Origin: Octopus sinensis
Taxonomy: Eukaryota
DNA length: 64,000 bases
Assembly (NCBI RefSeq): GCF_006345805.1
Contig: NC_042999.1
Span: 128,650,001 to 128,714,000 of the forward strand
Direction of reading: 5' to 3'
The translations under genes and the position numbers were made by a program. Positions 25,972 to 39,900 of this stretch are shown in pieces. Below the pieces are notes generated by a model, which was not told the origin of the DNA, made no database searches, and was given only the letters and a program-made list of their open reading frames with translations. Each line of letters starts with the position of its first letter. Within the stretch, counting starts at the first letter, position 1.

Positions 25972-28900
25972 TCCCACCCCCACCATCGCTTGACAACCAA
26001 CGTTGGTGTGTTTACCTGCCCGTGAACTTAGTGGTTCGGCAAAAGAGACCGATAGAATAAGTACTAGGCATACAAAGAATAAGTCTTGGGGTCAATTTGT
26101 TAGACTAAAGGCGGTGCTCCAGCATGGCCAGTCAAATAACTGAAACAAATAAAAGAGTAAATAAAACTAAAAAATCTAATGAGTTGTCACAACTAAGCCT
26201 TACTGTCTTTATCCTCCAACTGTATCAAATACAATCTAAATCCAATCATCATCATCGTCCGCTTTCCATGCTAGCATGTGTTGGACAATTTTGACTGAGG
26301 GCTGGCGAACCAGATGGCTGCACCAGGCTCCAATCTTGATCTGACAGAGTTTCTACAGCCGGATGCCCTTCATAACACCAACCACTCCGAGAGTGTAGTG
26401 GGTGCTTTTTACGTGCCACCGGCATGGTAATATAAACATTAATCTAAGTGCTGACTAAAGGAAAGGTAAATCAAAAAAGGACAAAAATTAAAAAAGAATT
26501 TACCATTTCTTCATCCCATCTTATGTCATCGTTGTTGCTTGGATGGTGCTTCATGTGGCTACTAACAACAAACTTTGCCAATCGTTCATCCTGATCATAA
26601 CAAAGTTACAATTAGCATAACGGGTTCCAAAGAAAGTAACAAAGCTAATACAGTTTGGTCATGAAAAAATTTTGTGAATGGTGCTACAACTTAAGATTAT
26701 TATCAAACTTAAAGGTGATAAAACTTCAGAATTAGTAATTCTTTCAAAATAGTTATCTATACATATAAAACAGATGTCTGTTTGTGTGTGTAAGCATGTT
26801 ATGCATTTCCACATTTTTCAACCTATTTCACTCAAACTTGACACACTGATAGCTTATCCACCAAGGGTTGTCATGACCTACTTTATATTTTCCAAACACC
26901 CCACCCACTGCATAACCAAAAACTGCGAATAACTGTTTTTTTGAGCAATTTCCTCCAAATCTGATGTGAACATTACTTATGACATAATTGTCATGGTCAT
27001 CCACATTGTGAAAAGTCCATGAATAACGGCGTAAAAATTGATTTTTTGCCAATAATTTCCAGTTTCCAACCGATTCACTCCAAATTTGGTGCAAACATTA
27101 CTCATGCTTTAAGAATTGTTTTAAACTTATGTTTTGTCAAGTCAATCTGTGCTGAATGTGAAACGTCTACAAATAACTGTGTAAAATTCTTTTTTTTGCC
27201 AATAACTTCCACAGTTCCCAAACTGATTCACTCCAAATTTGGCAAGAATATTACCCATGCTTAATTGACTGTTTTAAACTAATGTTTTGTTAAGATTATT
27301 TGCATTAAATTTGCAATTTACTGGATTAAACTGCTGTGAGAATGACAAAAAAAGCCCTTTTCAGGGCTACTTCACCTGTGATTGCTACACCATCTAAGAA
27401 CGCATTAAACAACCTTCTCAGGACTTCATATTAAACTGTTACTACTTGGTTTCAATGGTACCCGGCAACCAATTTTATTATAATTTTGTTACAATTTGGC
27501 ATTAACTTTATTTATGACATAGTAAATTTACTAAGTATCAAAAACATTATAGTATTTGAATCCCAAGCAATGCAGGGTACTTCTGCTAGTTAGGAATAAA
27601 GGAAGATCAGGTTTTCTGAATCCCTTCTTTGAGTCACAAAAGAAGGCAGTTCAAAGGAATAGAATTACTTGGCTATTTCTTGAAAAAATGTTATACAAAC
27701 TTTCCCTTGAGATGGTAATAAATGGTTTTGAGGGTATTTGTTTGTAGTATGTGAATACAAGTAAGACATTACATTATATATCCTGTAGTCTGGCTGACTG
27801 TTGGGGCACCACTGATAACTTTGTGACCAGATCCCTCCACCCGTCTCTGACTTCTGCCTCTGCATTGCACCTCTCATCTTTAGGCCTGTCCACTCACAGA
27901 TGTTGTTTTCCCACCTCTTTCTCTGTCCGCCTCTGCAACCTTTGACTTCCTTGAAGGATTGTTTTGGCCATCCTTGATGAGCAGGTGACATGCCCAAACT
28001 ACCTGAGCTGGCACTTCTTTACTGAGATAAGAAGTTCCTCATAGGGCCCTATTGCCTGCCTTATTCTACTTTTCACTTCCTCATTTGTGTCACAATCTCT
28101 GTATTATATTCCCAAAAGTCTCCTGAAACATTTCCTCTCTGTAGCCTGGATTCTTCTTGCAATTTTTGCTGTCAGTGTCCATGTTCTTGGCAGGATTATG
28201 ACCAATGCACTGGAAGACCACAATGGTACCATTAGCATTGGCAGCAGAAACCTAATAAACTTGTGCTTTGCAGATGATATTGTTGGACTGGTGGGCTCAG
28301 AACAAGAGCTGAAACAACTAGTAGAGTGCCTAGACAAGACCTCCAATGAATTTGGCATGGGTTGAGAAACTACCCAAAGGAAATCAGTACCAACATAAGC
28401 ATTAGTGGAGTTGAGCTTGAACAAATTCAAAACTTCAAATATCTTGGGATAATAGTGAGTGACCAAGGTTCCAAGCCAGAAGTGATATCCTGCATTGCCA
28501 AAGCAACAGCAGCAATGACCAAATTCAGAACAGTGGAAAGACAGAAATATCTCAATGAACTCCAAAATTAGGCTAATGAAATTACTAGTGATCTCAATAT
28601 TCCTGACAAGGATGATATACAAACAATTTACATTGATTGGACAAAACAAAAAAACAATTTAGAAATTAGTTTCAAAAGTTAAATATTTACCTGAATAGGA
28701 TCAACTGTATCACGCACCACACACAAGACATCAAAACGAGATAAGATAGGTTCAGTTAAATCAACCTAAAAATTGAAAAACAAAATAATTTGATCCAATT
28801 AGACATCTCAGAAATAAACATTCATTAAAAGAACAGAATGAAACAAATACATTAAATTATTTTCATTCATAATATTAATGATTCTCTTGGAAAGTAAACT

Positions 28901-31900
28901 CTCTTCAAAGAACCAAAGCTCATCAATTTTATTGAAAAACATAGAAACATGAAAATACAATTTGAAGAAACTTATATAAACACAAAAGTATTTAAAATTC
29001 ATAACAGCTGTTTTGGTAGAATTTATTTATTTATTAAATGCAGTCATAAAAGATTACATCATAATATACAAACCACCATCATCAGGTAAAATTTTAAACA
29101 GGTAAGATTTCTGTTGTGGGGAGAGTCACAGCACCCCCATGTGAGAATAGACTTGACCGAATGACTATAAATAGTAGCGGTCTCAGTGAGAGACAGAGAG
29201 AATAGGTGTTAATCGCAGGAAGTCGTAAGATGTATTGTTTTGGCAGTTTGTCAGAATATCGTTTGTTGGTTTCTGTACAGTTTGTTGGATTGTTACGTTG
29301 TTGTTACCCTGCTTCGTTATATATTCTATTGTTACTTCACGGTAACAGTGTAAACAAGTATCATTATAAATAATGGCGATACAACAATAATTGGCAACGA
29401 ATAACTACGTTACAATATTGGCGACAAGGATTCAAAGTTGTTAATGATGGAAGACATTAGTTTCTATAATACAGTTGCAAAAACAGCAACAGGAGTTGCA
29501 AAAACAACTACTTCAGCAATAAGAAAAACAACAGTTAATGGAGCTATGTCTTAAGAAATCTGGAAATACTATAAGTTCATTTTCACTAGACAGCACATCG
29601 AACTCTATAACAGATTAAGTTATGACCCAGAGAAGGGCATAACGTTTGCAGCATACTTTAGAAGGTACGAAGAACCCTTTAGGGAAGATTGCGAGTCGTG
29701 GACTGACAAAGAAAAAGTAAGACTATTATTACGTAAATTAGCAAAAACTAGTGAAAGATGTTTCCAGTAAACAGTCAAACTACTATCAAAAATATTTGGT
29801 GATAAGAGTTCCCTAGTTAACACTCAATGGGAGTGTTGGAATCTAGTTAAAAACAAGGATGAAGACTTTGTCACGTATACCAGGACTGTAAACTAAATGT
29901 GCAAAACAGAAGAAACTAACTCCTGATATGTACAAGATCTTATGGCAAGCAAAGATGCAGAGATACGTGCAAGAATTCACACAACCAAAGCTTAACCTTG
30001 CAGAGGAGTGTCAAATAGTTGTAAACTTACGTCAGGCCATAAAGAAAATTGAAGAGGGGTTCTCACAAGTACAAGTGTGCCAACCGGGAAAGTATAAACA
30101 AAGAAAAATGTTAAGACCAAACCCATGCTACAGATGAAGCCCTACATTTCAGAAAAGATCGTCTTATCAAAACACAAAAATGTTACAGATGGCAAAGTTA
30201 GGAAAGTCAAACATAAAAAATTCTCAAGCTTTCTCAACAGAAAGAGGAAATTTGTACATGTAAAAGTAAACAAAGTGAATATTAAATTACAACTAGATAC
30301 TAGTAGTTACATCTCAATTATTAATACTGACACATGGATAAGAATTAGGAAACCTACTTTAAGAAGAACATCAAAAATTGCGCGAGGCTTGACAGGTGAA
30401 AAACTACACTTTGTAGGCAAAAATGTAGAGTGTTACCACATTTTGGGGAAAACCAATAGAGCAAAAGTTTTCATGGTAAAAATGCAACCAATCTGATTGG
30501 TATGAGCTGGTTGGAATTGTTTGATGTATGAGACCTCCCCATAAGTCTGTACTGTAAATAAATAAATGGCTGTCCCACTAGTAAAAATAACTCATCAGCT
30601 GAATTGAAGAAAAAATTATAAAACATTATGCATAACATCATTCAGGAGTTGCCAGTGACTGTACAAGATATAAAAAGTAAATCAGCGGAGGACAAATACA
30701 TCAGAAAAATTAAGGAAACCTTGAAAAATAAACAAAAGAGAAACATGAATGCAAACTATTTTTCACTCTGCAACAATGTATTAATGTACACACAAAGAAC
30801 GGTAGGACCAACTGCCCTACAGAAACAGATATTACATGAATTTCCTAATGGACACCCGGGGATGTCAAGAATGAAAGCTTTGATGAGCAGTTACATGTAT
30901 TGGGGGACCATGGACCAGGACATAGAAAGTTTGGTAAAATCATGTAGAAGTTGTGAGCTAGCTGCCAAGGCATCACCAGTGAAATTACCAATCAGGACTC
31001 AAAACAGATAGTCCATGGTCCATATAGACTACACTGGACCAGTGAATGGCGTGTACTACTTGACCATTGTTGATAGCATTACCAAGTGGCTGGAAGTATG
31101 TCAGTGCAGTCAACCAAACTTGAAGGCAATAATAATGTTCCTACACAAACTTTTTGCTTGATACAGAGTTCTAGACACCATAGTATTGGACAATAGAACA
31201 TAATTTATAGGATGTTCAAGAAATTCTGCAAAATGCATGCAATCAAGCACATTTACCCTGCCCTACTACCCGAGGTCAAAAGGGCAAGTAGAATGATTTG
31301 TAGATACTTTCAAGCAAGCGCTAAAAAAATCAAGGAACAAGTTAAGAAATGACGAGGCACTAACTAAATTCTTAAGGATGTACAGAATAACCCCCAATCC
31401 GAATACCAATTCAGGCATGTCACCTGCAGAACTAATGTTCACTCAAAAGATTTAATCAATCTTCGACAAATTGTTGCCAAAGGAAAACACTTATAGAGAA
31501 AATACAAAAAATTCAACTAAATATTTTGATGTCAGAGACAAAGTCCATTTCAAAGTATACAAGAACAGTAGAATTTGCAGGATGGTGTAATGACTAAAAG
31601 AATTGGAAATTTGATTTATTTAATAAGAGGCCAATGGTGGGAGCATAAACAACACCGAAATCAATTGAAAATCAGACATACAGAAGAAAGGAAATTCCAA
31701 TGGAAGTGTTTTACGACATGTTCGATGTGCTAGCACAGAAAGATATTGAGCCTAGAAGGAGCAGTAACAGAAAACGTAAACAGACTGATCATTTAGAAAT
31801 AATTCCTAAGCAGAAAAGGTACTGAACTCCCTAGGGAAGCAAAATTTCAAAAAGAAAGAAGTGTTGGAAAAATAGAAAAATATTTTGTTTCCTACAGAAG

Positions 31901-34900
31901 TCAAATTCTCAAAAGGAGAGATGTTGTGGCGAGATTTATGATACCTGCTGTGAGAATAGACTTGACTGAACCACTATAAATAGTAGCAGTCTCAGTGAGA
32001 GTAGGTGTTAACTGCAGTAAGCCGTAAGGTGTCGATTTGGTAGTTTGTCAGAATATCGTCTGTTGGTTCAGGGAGAGTTTCTTGGATTGTTACATTGTTG
32101 TTACCCTGCTTCATTATATATTTTATTGTTATTACGCGGTTATAGTGTAAAAAAAGTATCATCATAAATAGTGGCAATACTACAACTGGCAACGAGTAAC
32201 TATGTTACAATAGTTTTGAACACATTAACCTGGAGATAGCCAAAATGTCCAGGTCTATGTTTAAAATCTTGCCAATTTAGAATATATATGATAACGTAAT
32301 CTCTCATTACTGCATTTCAAATAAAATTCTACTGAAACAACTGTTATAAATTTCAAATGCCATTTGTGTTTACTTTTTATACCTATGTCACACCAAGAAC
32401 CCATCCTAGTTGGATCTAATATTTAAATTGCATATCTACAGTATTCTACCAATATTTGATGTATTCAATGTTGTTTATTTCATTGTGCTCCCAGCCATCT
32501 CTAGCATATCACGAGTTGATGTGCCATGATTCTTATGACTCTATAAAAGAAAATCGTACATATATATATAAAACTGTTTTTTCTGGCGGTGGAGTTTAGC
32601 TCCAAAACAACCTTCATTTAACAAATCTATGGTCAAAGGCATTGTAGTTGTAACCATCCTATTTTTTCAGCTATAGTATATCTAGGATTACAGTATCAAA
32701 TGTCACCTTTTTTGAACTGTACAACATAATTTGAATGAGATTTGACTGTTATTTCTAACAGGTTGAGCAGCAGCATAATGGTTCCTTCAATACCTGATGT
32801 CATTGTGATAAGTTTTTTTTAAAGAAATGTGATTGGGCTGTTATTTGATATGACAAACCATAATACTTACATTTTCCGCAAAGGTTAATGAAGGATCATA
32901 GCGTCCACCAATTGGATTGGCAGCAGCTATAACTGCACATCGGGCATGAAGAGATGTAACAATACCAGCTTTGGACACAGAAATACTTTGTTGTTCCATT
33001 GCTTCATGAATACTAGTTCGATCTTGGTCATTCATCTGAAAAAAAGAGGGAAAAGAGTTAAACACCACCAAAAACTGCTGCGTGTGTGTGTGCATGTGTG
33101 TTAAAGTCCATAGCCTACTGAGTATTCACTCTGAAAATCTTTAACATTGGAGAATTAAACACAGGATGATGTTGATAATTTTATACGTTTACCACCAAGA
33201 CAACACATGGAAAGACTCTGAAGACTGATTAAAAACATAATAGTTTACTAAGAAATTAAATTTAAAAGTGGTATGGTCCTCTGTGTGGAGGATTAGGGCC
33301 AAGCAAGGAGAACCATAGATCAAAGAAATTACTCATCGCACATCAACATTATATGAAGTGGTATAAATATATAAACATGCTACATGAAAACCACTTAGTC
33401 ATAATCATCTGGGGCAAATCTGTCCTAACTTCCAGATATAATTATCAAGGATTGTATTGTAAATGTCTGTAATCTGATAATCATTTTCATTCCTTCTGAA
33501 GAAAACATTACAAGAAACTTGAAATTGGAGTAAACAGGATGTGGGGCATGTAAGTTAAAACAGTACTAAGAGGGGAACCAGATATGATGAAAAGAAAAAA
33601 ATAATCAAAAACATACAAAACATACCATGTTTCACATTTACACACATTAACACAAAACCAAAAACAGTAGTGGAGAGACATACTGAAATGACACCCCACA
33701 ACCAATGCATTTCAGTGTTACTTTTTTTTTTTACTAGTCTTGACAAAAAGCAAGGTCAAACTCAAGCAGTATGTAACCTCAGAATTATAATTGCAAGCTC
33801 AGGACACAAATACTAAAGACTTTTAGTTTGGCACTGTTCAGACTCTACCATTCTACTATTACTAATGATTACGATTTCTAATCTAAACAGGTCACAAATT
33901 TGAAGACATTGTCAAATTAGTGAGATGTACACTCAGAATGAAACTAAATAACTGTAAAGTACTTTAGTGCTCTAGTGGTTGGCTCAAAGCAACAAAATTA
34001 TGAAGGAAGAAGAGCATAGTTTATTGAATTAACTCCAACACATGATTTATCAAATCAGGAGGGATTGAAAAGTGAAGCAAACCATTTGGTTGAATAAATA
34101 AGCATTTGATGCAATTGCATAATATAACAAAATAATAAGGTTTAAAAACATCGCTTTTGTATATTTGCTATGTTGCCTTTTGAATATTATTAACATAAAA
34201 TGAACAGAATAAAATGATGTAAGAAATAGAAGTAAATTACTTTGTCAAACTCATCAATAAGACAAATTCCTTTGTCAGCTAACACAAGAGCACCAGCTTC
34301 CAGAGTCCATTCCTTTGACACAGGGTTTCTCTGCACATAAGCAGTTAATCCAACAGCAGAAGCTCCCTGGCCAGTAGTAAATACAACACGGTGTCCAATT
34401 TTCTCAATATACTTCAGGAACTGAGATTTGGCAGTTCCTGGATCACCACAAATGAGGATGTTCAAATCACCCCTAACTTTGTGTTTCCCACCTGAAAATA
34501 AGAAAGGAGGTATTTAATTAATGTAAAAGGCAGACAATAAATTACTCCCACCCATTTTTTTTTTTTGTTTATTTAATGCAAATTTAAAATTTAATACGAA
34601 ACATGGGAAATTTCAAGCAATGAGAAAGCCTCACTCTGGTCATTAAACAAGTAAACCAGTCCAGCTCTCTCATACCACTGGTAATATATAATGTCCCACA
34701 CCATGTTACATGTAGCTGTTCATAAAGGGCATCCAGATGTAAAAACTATGCTCACAACAACAATTGGTAGTTTTAACTGTTAAGCATTCTATATAATGAA
34801 GCAAGGACACAAGTATTGAGGGCACTGTGAGATCAGTTCAATCCATGACAGAATAAAGAAAAAAAATGGATATAAACCGATGATGATAATGTAGGGCAAT

Positions 34901-35616
34901 GGCTTTTAAACTGTACTCCAAGAGATATCTACATTAGTCATAACATTTTGAAAAAATAACTGAAGGCTTTAAAACAATTTCCCCTTCATCAAAAAAACCT
35001 AAAGCAAATCTAGAAGCATAAAATCAACACAAATTTTTCAACTGAATTTCCTGAATGCAGAAAAGTAAAATTTTGAAAAAATATTTTTTATAAAAAAAAA
35101 ACTTCAGGACTCACCTGGATTTTTTGGTTCACCACCAAACAAAGACAATGCAATAGCTTTTTTTATATCTTCATGTCCATATATAGATGGGGCCATACTG
35201 GCAAATATCTGACAATTGACAAAAAGATTTTAAAATTCTGATTATATAGGCTCATCATTTTCAACTTTCCCATGCTTACATAGGTCAAACAAAAACTGTT
35301 CAGGTAAATTTTCTACAGCTAGATGCCCTTCCTGTTTCCAACCCTCATCTGCTTCCAATGTAATATTTATCCATAGCCAGACAAATGTTTCACAGGAGAG
35401 TGGAAAGAAATATTACTTGTATGATCGTGATGCTTACTTAAAAGCATCATGTGATATGTAGACCAGGAGTATACACACATACACATTTATTGATGTTATT
35501 TTCATGTTTTTACATTAATCTGATGGGTTACTCTAGACTTTTGTAGAGAAAAAATTTATCATTCTTAAACAGTATTACTAACTGTAACTTTGACCAGATA
35601 AGCTAATAAGACTGAT

Positions 35617-35653
<37 letters not shown>

Positions 35654-36901
35654 CACACACAATATGCTTCTTTCAGTTTCTGTCTTCAAAATCCATTTAC
35701 AAGGCTTTCATAGCTTAAGACACTTGCTCAAGATATCATGCAGTGGGGCTGAACTTCAAAAACCATATGGTTGGGAAACAATCTTCTAAAACACAGTAAA
35801 ATACCTAGAAAGAAGGTTCTAAGGAAAAAAAAGAAAGGTGATAGTGATGAAAACCAATAATCATTACCTGCATATAAATTAAAGACAAAGGTGGAAAAAA
35901 GGACTAAATATGCATTACTAAGAAACTAGAATTTACAATTACACAAAGGTGATAGTTTCATAATGTGGTAGTGAAGCAAGAAATATAACTATTTGCTTCA
36001 AATTTAATGAACTGATACTCCATCAGTTTCACTATTATACTACAGTGATAAGTATCCAATTACAAAACATATACAATTATTCATAAATTTATATAATTGT
36101 AAACACACACCCAAACACACATATATAATATGTAAATGTAAGATCCAAAGATTCAGGTGTAGGAAGTTAGTAAGCTTCAAGCAGTCCGTAGAAAGTATTA
36201 AAAACAACTTTCAGAACAATATTTTACTGGCAGAGAAGGTTGTGATTTTTCACATGTTGAAGTTAGATAAAGCTGAACAAAGTTATTTTATAGTTCACAG
36301 TTAGCAACTAGGGTTACTATGTATGTAAATAAAAATCCAAATTGAGGGAATGAAGCAGGTAAAATCCAAGCAACATATGTTTCCTAGCTAGCGGAACCTC
36401 AGAAATAATAATTGCTCGACAAGGGATACTCCACTAACTACTCATCAGGCTGAAGATACCCTAGTTAAATGAAGGTTAAATTATTGTCAAGGGATCCCAA
36501 GTTAACTCGCAGGAAATTTGATCAAAAATTAGGTATCTTCTACTGATGAGTAGCTAGTGGAATACTCCTCGTTGACCAATTTACTTCTGAGGTTCTGCTA
36601 GCTAGGAAACACATGTAGCCTGGATTTTACCTGTTCCATTCAATCAATCTGGATTTTTACATGTATATAAATATATATATATATTGTCTCAGTACTTCAC
36701 ATATCCAAAAAAGAACCACACACTAAAGCATTAGAGTAGTAATATATTCTTTTAGGAAGTTAAAAGTCATGGCTGGTCATAGAGTGACTTAGGTAGAGAT
36801 GTTATGCACCGTCAGCCATTTGTTTCTGATGAGTCACCTATACTGCTAAGCACTTTATAGGTGCAAAACCAATGGTCACTATGACCATCTATAACTTTTT
36901 A

Positions 36902-36943
<42 letters not shown>

Positions 36944-39900
36944 CTACCATAGAAAAATAGGCATATATGTCATTACCACAAAAAAGGCAGGCATGGTTCC
37001 ATCGTTAAGAAGTTTACTTCAAAACAACGTGGCTTCAGTTTCAATCCATTGTGTGGTTCCTTAGTTAAGTATCTTTTATTATATCTCCAGACTGTCCAAT
37101 GCCTTTGAGTGAATCTATTAGAAAGAATATGCAGTCTTGTGTGCATGTGTGTGCATGCAAATATGCACAAATGCTGACATTCCACAGTTATCACCGACAG
37201 AGTAAAACAGTGATGTTCACATACCTTGTTGTCATTATGACCAGTTGCTTCATAGTTTTGAAGACACATGGAACAAAAATATCCCTTACTTGAAAATAGA
37301 TAAGGTTTAGCAATGAGGAAGAGCATCAGGCCATCAAATCCTGCATCATATACTCAACTGTCTAACCTATGCTACCATGGGAAAACATGCTAAAAAGAGT
37401 GACTTTTCCTCTTCATCAAATAAAACTAACACTAAGAAGTTTAGATAAGAAAGTTTCAAGATGAAATTAAAATACAGCTTGAGAATACTTACCCTCTCAG
37501 TTATTCTTTCATCTTTTGAAAGGGCCACAATAGCCTTAACATCTTCATCAGTTAAACTACTGGCAGCAAGTTTCTCGTCTTTCTTTGTGATATGGTTAGC
37601 TTGGATGACAGTTGCAAAGACAGGGAATCCATTGGCAGTATTCAATGAGCCATCATAATTGTTGTGGTAAATACCAGTGAGTTCCTGAAAAAATTACACA
37701 TCAGTCTTCTTTGTAATATCCCAAAATATTTGGTGAGAAATTATACTTATTGGTTTCATTTAGTTACACACGAAAGTAAACTTTTGTCAGTAAGTAATAT
37801 AGTCAATTTAATTAACTTCAGTAGAGGCACAGCTGTTGCTGATGATAAGACTGCTTCTTAGCCACATGATTCTGGGTTCAGATCCACTGCATGGCGCCCT
37901 GGGCAAGCATCATCTTCTACAACCTCAGGCCAACCAAAGCCTTGAAAGTGGATTTGGGACACAGAAACTGAAAGAAGCCTGTCGTGTGCGTGTGTGTGTG
38001 TATGTCCACCACAGCTTGACAACCAATGTTGGTGTGTTTACATTCCCATAACTTAGCTGTTCAGCATAAGAGACCAATAGAATAAGTACCAGACTTAAGT
38101 ACTAGAGTTGACTCATTCAACTAAAAAATGTTTTCAAGGCAGTGCCTCAGTATGGCCACAGTATAATGACTGAATCAAATAAACAATAAAAAGTATTACT
38201 GGTATTTATTTTGCCAACACCATGGAGGATGAAAAAGAAAATCATTACTGAGTGGAGACTCACTACAGGGTGAGCAGACAGCAGGAGAAATCTTTAGATG
38301 AAGAACTTCTGCTAAACAAGTTCCTGACACTTTAAGAGAGCCAGGTCCACCATGACTCTTAGGTGTCCTTCTGTTTTGAAATGACATCTTTAGTGGGGAA
38401 TGAACACAGAATCTTTGGATGATCATATTTCCCTGACCTGTAGTATATATTGCTTGGCTACAGTGACAATATAATAATGCTTAATTCTTATTAACTTCAT
38501 TACTAATCTATATTTTACAAGTCATATTAACTTAATTCTATAATATTAAGCTTCTAGTGTTGATGTACATCTAAACCTACTCATAGCAGATACTGTCTCT
38601 GCTTTGGAGACTAATCTAAATACATAACCCTATTAACCACAATGTTTTTAGCAACTTTCTCCTTGTCTTAGAGGTCCTGCTGGATGCTAAACTACAACAA
38701 GAATTAAAAATGAACATTAAACCTCCTCTGTCAACAAATCAACATCACTAATATTACAGGTTTCAAATTTTGGCACAAGGTCAGCAATTTCAGAGGAGGG
38801 GCTATAGCGATTAAACCAACCCCGGTGTTCAATTTGTACTTATTTTATCAACTTTGAAAGGATGGAAGGTAAAGTGGAGCCCAGTAGAATTTGAATTCAA
38901 AACATAAAGATGGACGAAATGCCAGTAAGCATTTCATCCAGTGTGCTAGTGATTCTGCTGGCTCACTGCCTTAATAGAAGTGGTCAGCAAGTCCCTACAG
39001 AGAATCAAACCCTGTGCCTCTCAAATTCTGGCTGAGCATCATGTACCATTAAGCTGAGAGACCCCTGACAAACATTAATATTATCAACTGAGTACTTACT
39101 AGTTCATCACCAGGTTTGCACTGATCAACCAGATCATCAAGAAGAATGGTATCTTTTGATCTTGGTAAACGTCCAGGAGGTACTTTACCAGGGCTTTCTT
39201 GAATGGTAACACGCTGATAATTCTTGTAGATTGTCTGCAATAATAATAATAATAAAAGAAGAGAGTATGATACTCAAGTGTCTTTTAGAATTAGATGTGT
39301 CAAATAAAAAAAAAATATACATATTCTAAAGATTTATTTCTTATTTATACATGAAACTACAAAATTAGAAGACATAATATTAAATCAAACACAGTATACT
39401 AAGGGAAGTTGTTTTATCAATCCTAGTGGGATGAAAAGCAAAGCCAGTTTTGAATTTGAACTCAACAAAGATATATACTTAAACAGTCTAAGAGATTAGA
39501 GTTAATTACTAAATCTCTTATTAAAATCTGAACATAGTCTGAAAATTTTATACCAATCTTGTGTAACATATATTCAATAACAATATATAGGATGAGATAT
39601 GAAGTCTTAAGTTATTAGTGGCTATCTAGGGGAGATAATTCAGTGCGGTAGACTTTAGTGGCAAAAGTCATTTTCTGATGTAAAGCTATATAAATTTTCT
39701 GGTACTTACTTGTTCCATGTTAATCTCAAATGGACCACTAGACTGACATTCTGGACAGGAACCTGGGCGTACTTCTTGATTCTGAGACTGATAGAATGGT
39801 CCTAAGACAAAGTTACACTTATTGCAGTCATATTTGATGATGTTCAGTTGAGGTAAAACACCTGATGTGCTGGTCACGACACCACTTGTTCGAATTAACT

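Larger units (their letters stand above)
29112..32209 (+). mobile_element. Ty3/Gypsy LTR retrotransposon, decayed and internally deleted
   Basis: Two related TG...CA LTRs, PBS-like TGGCGACAAGG (29419-29429), PPT-like AAAAGGAGAGA (31911-31921). Remnants of gag, protease (LQLDTSS), integrase zinc domain ([18 protein letters not shown]) and integrase core. Confidence 0.88.

Noticed and set aside
29100-32220. Target-site duplication of the Gypsy element
   Set aside because: Flanks ATTTC and ATAGT do not match, so no TSD is claimed
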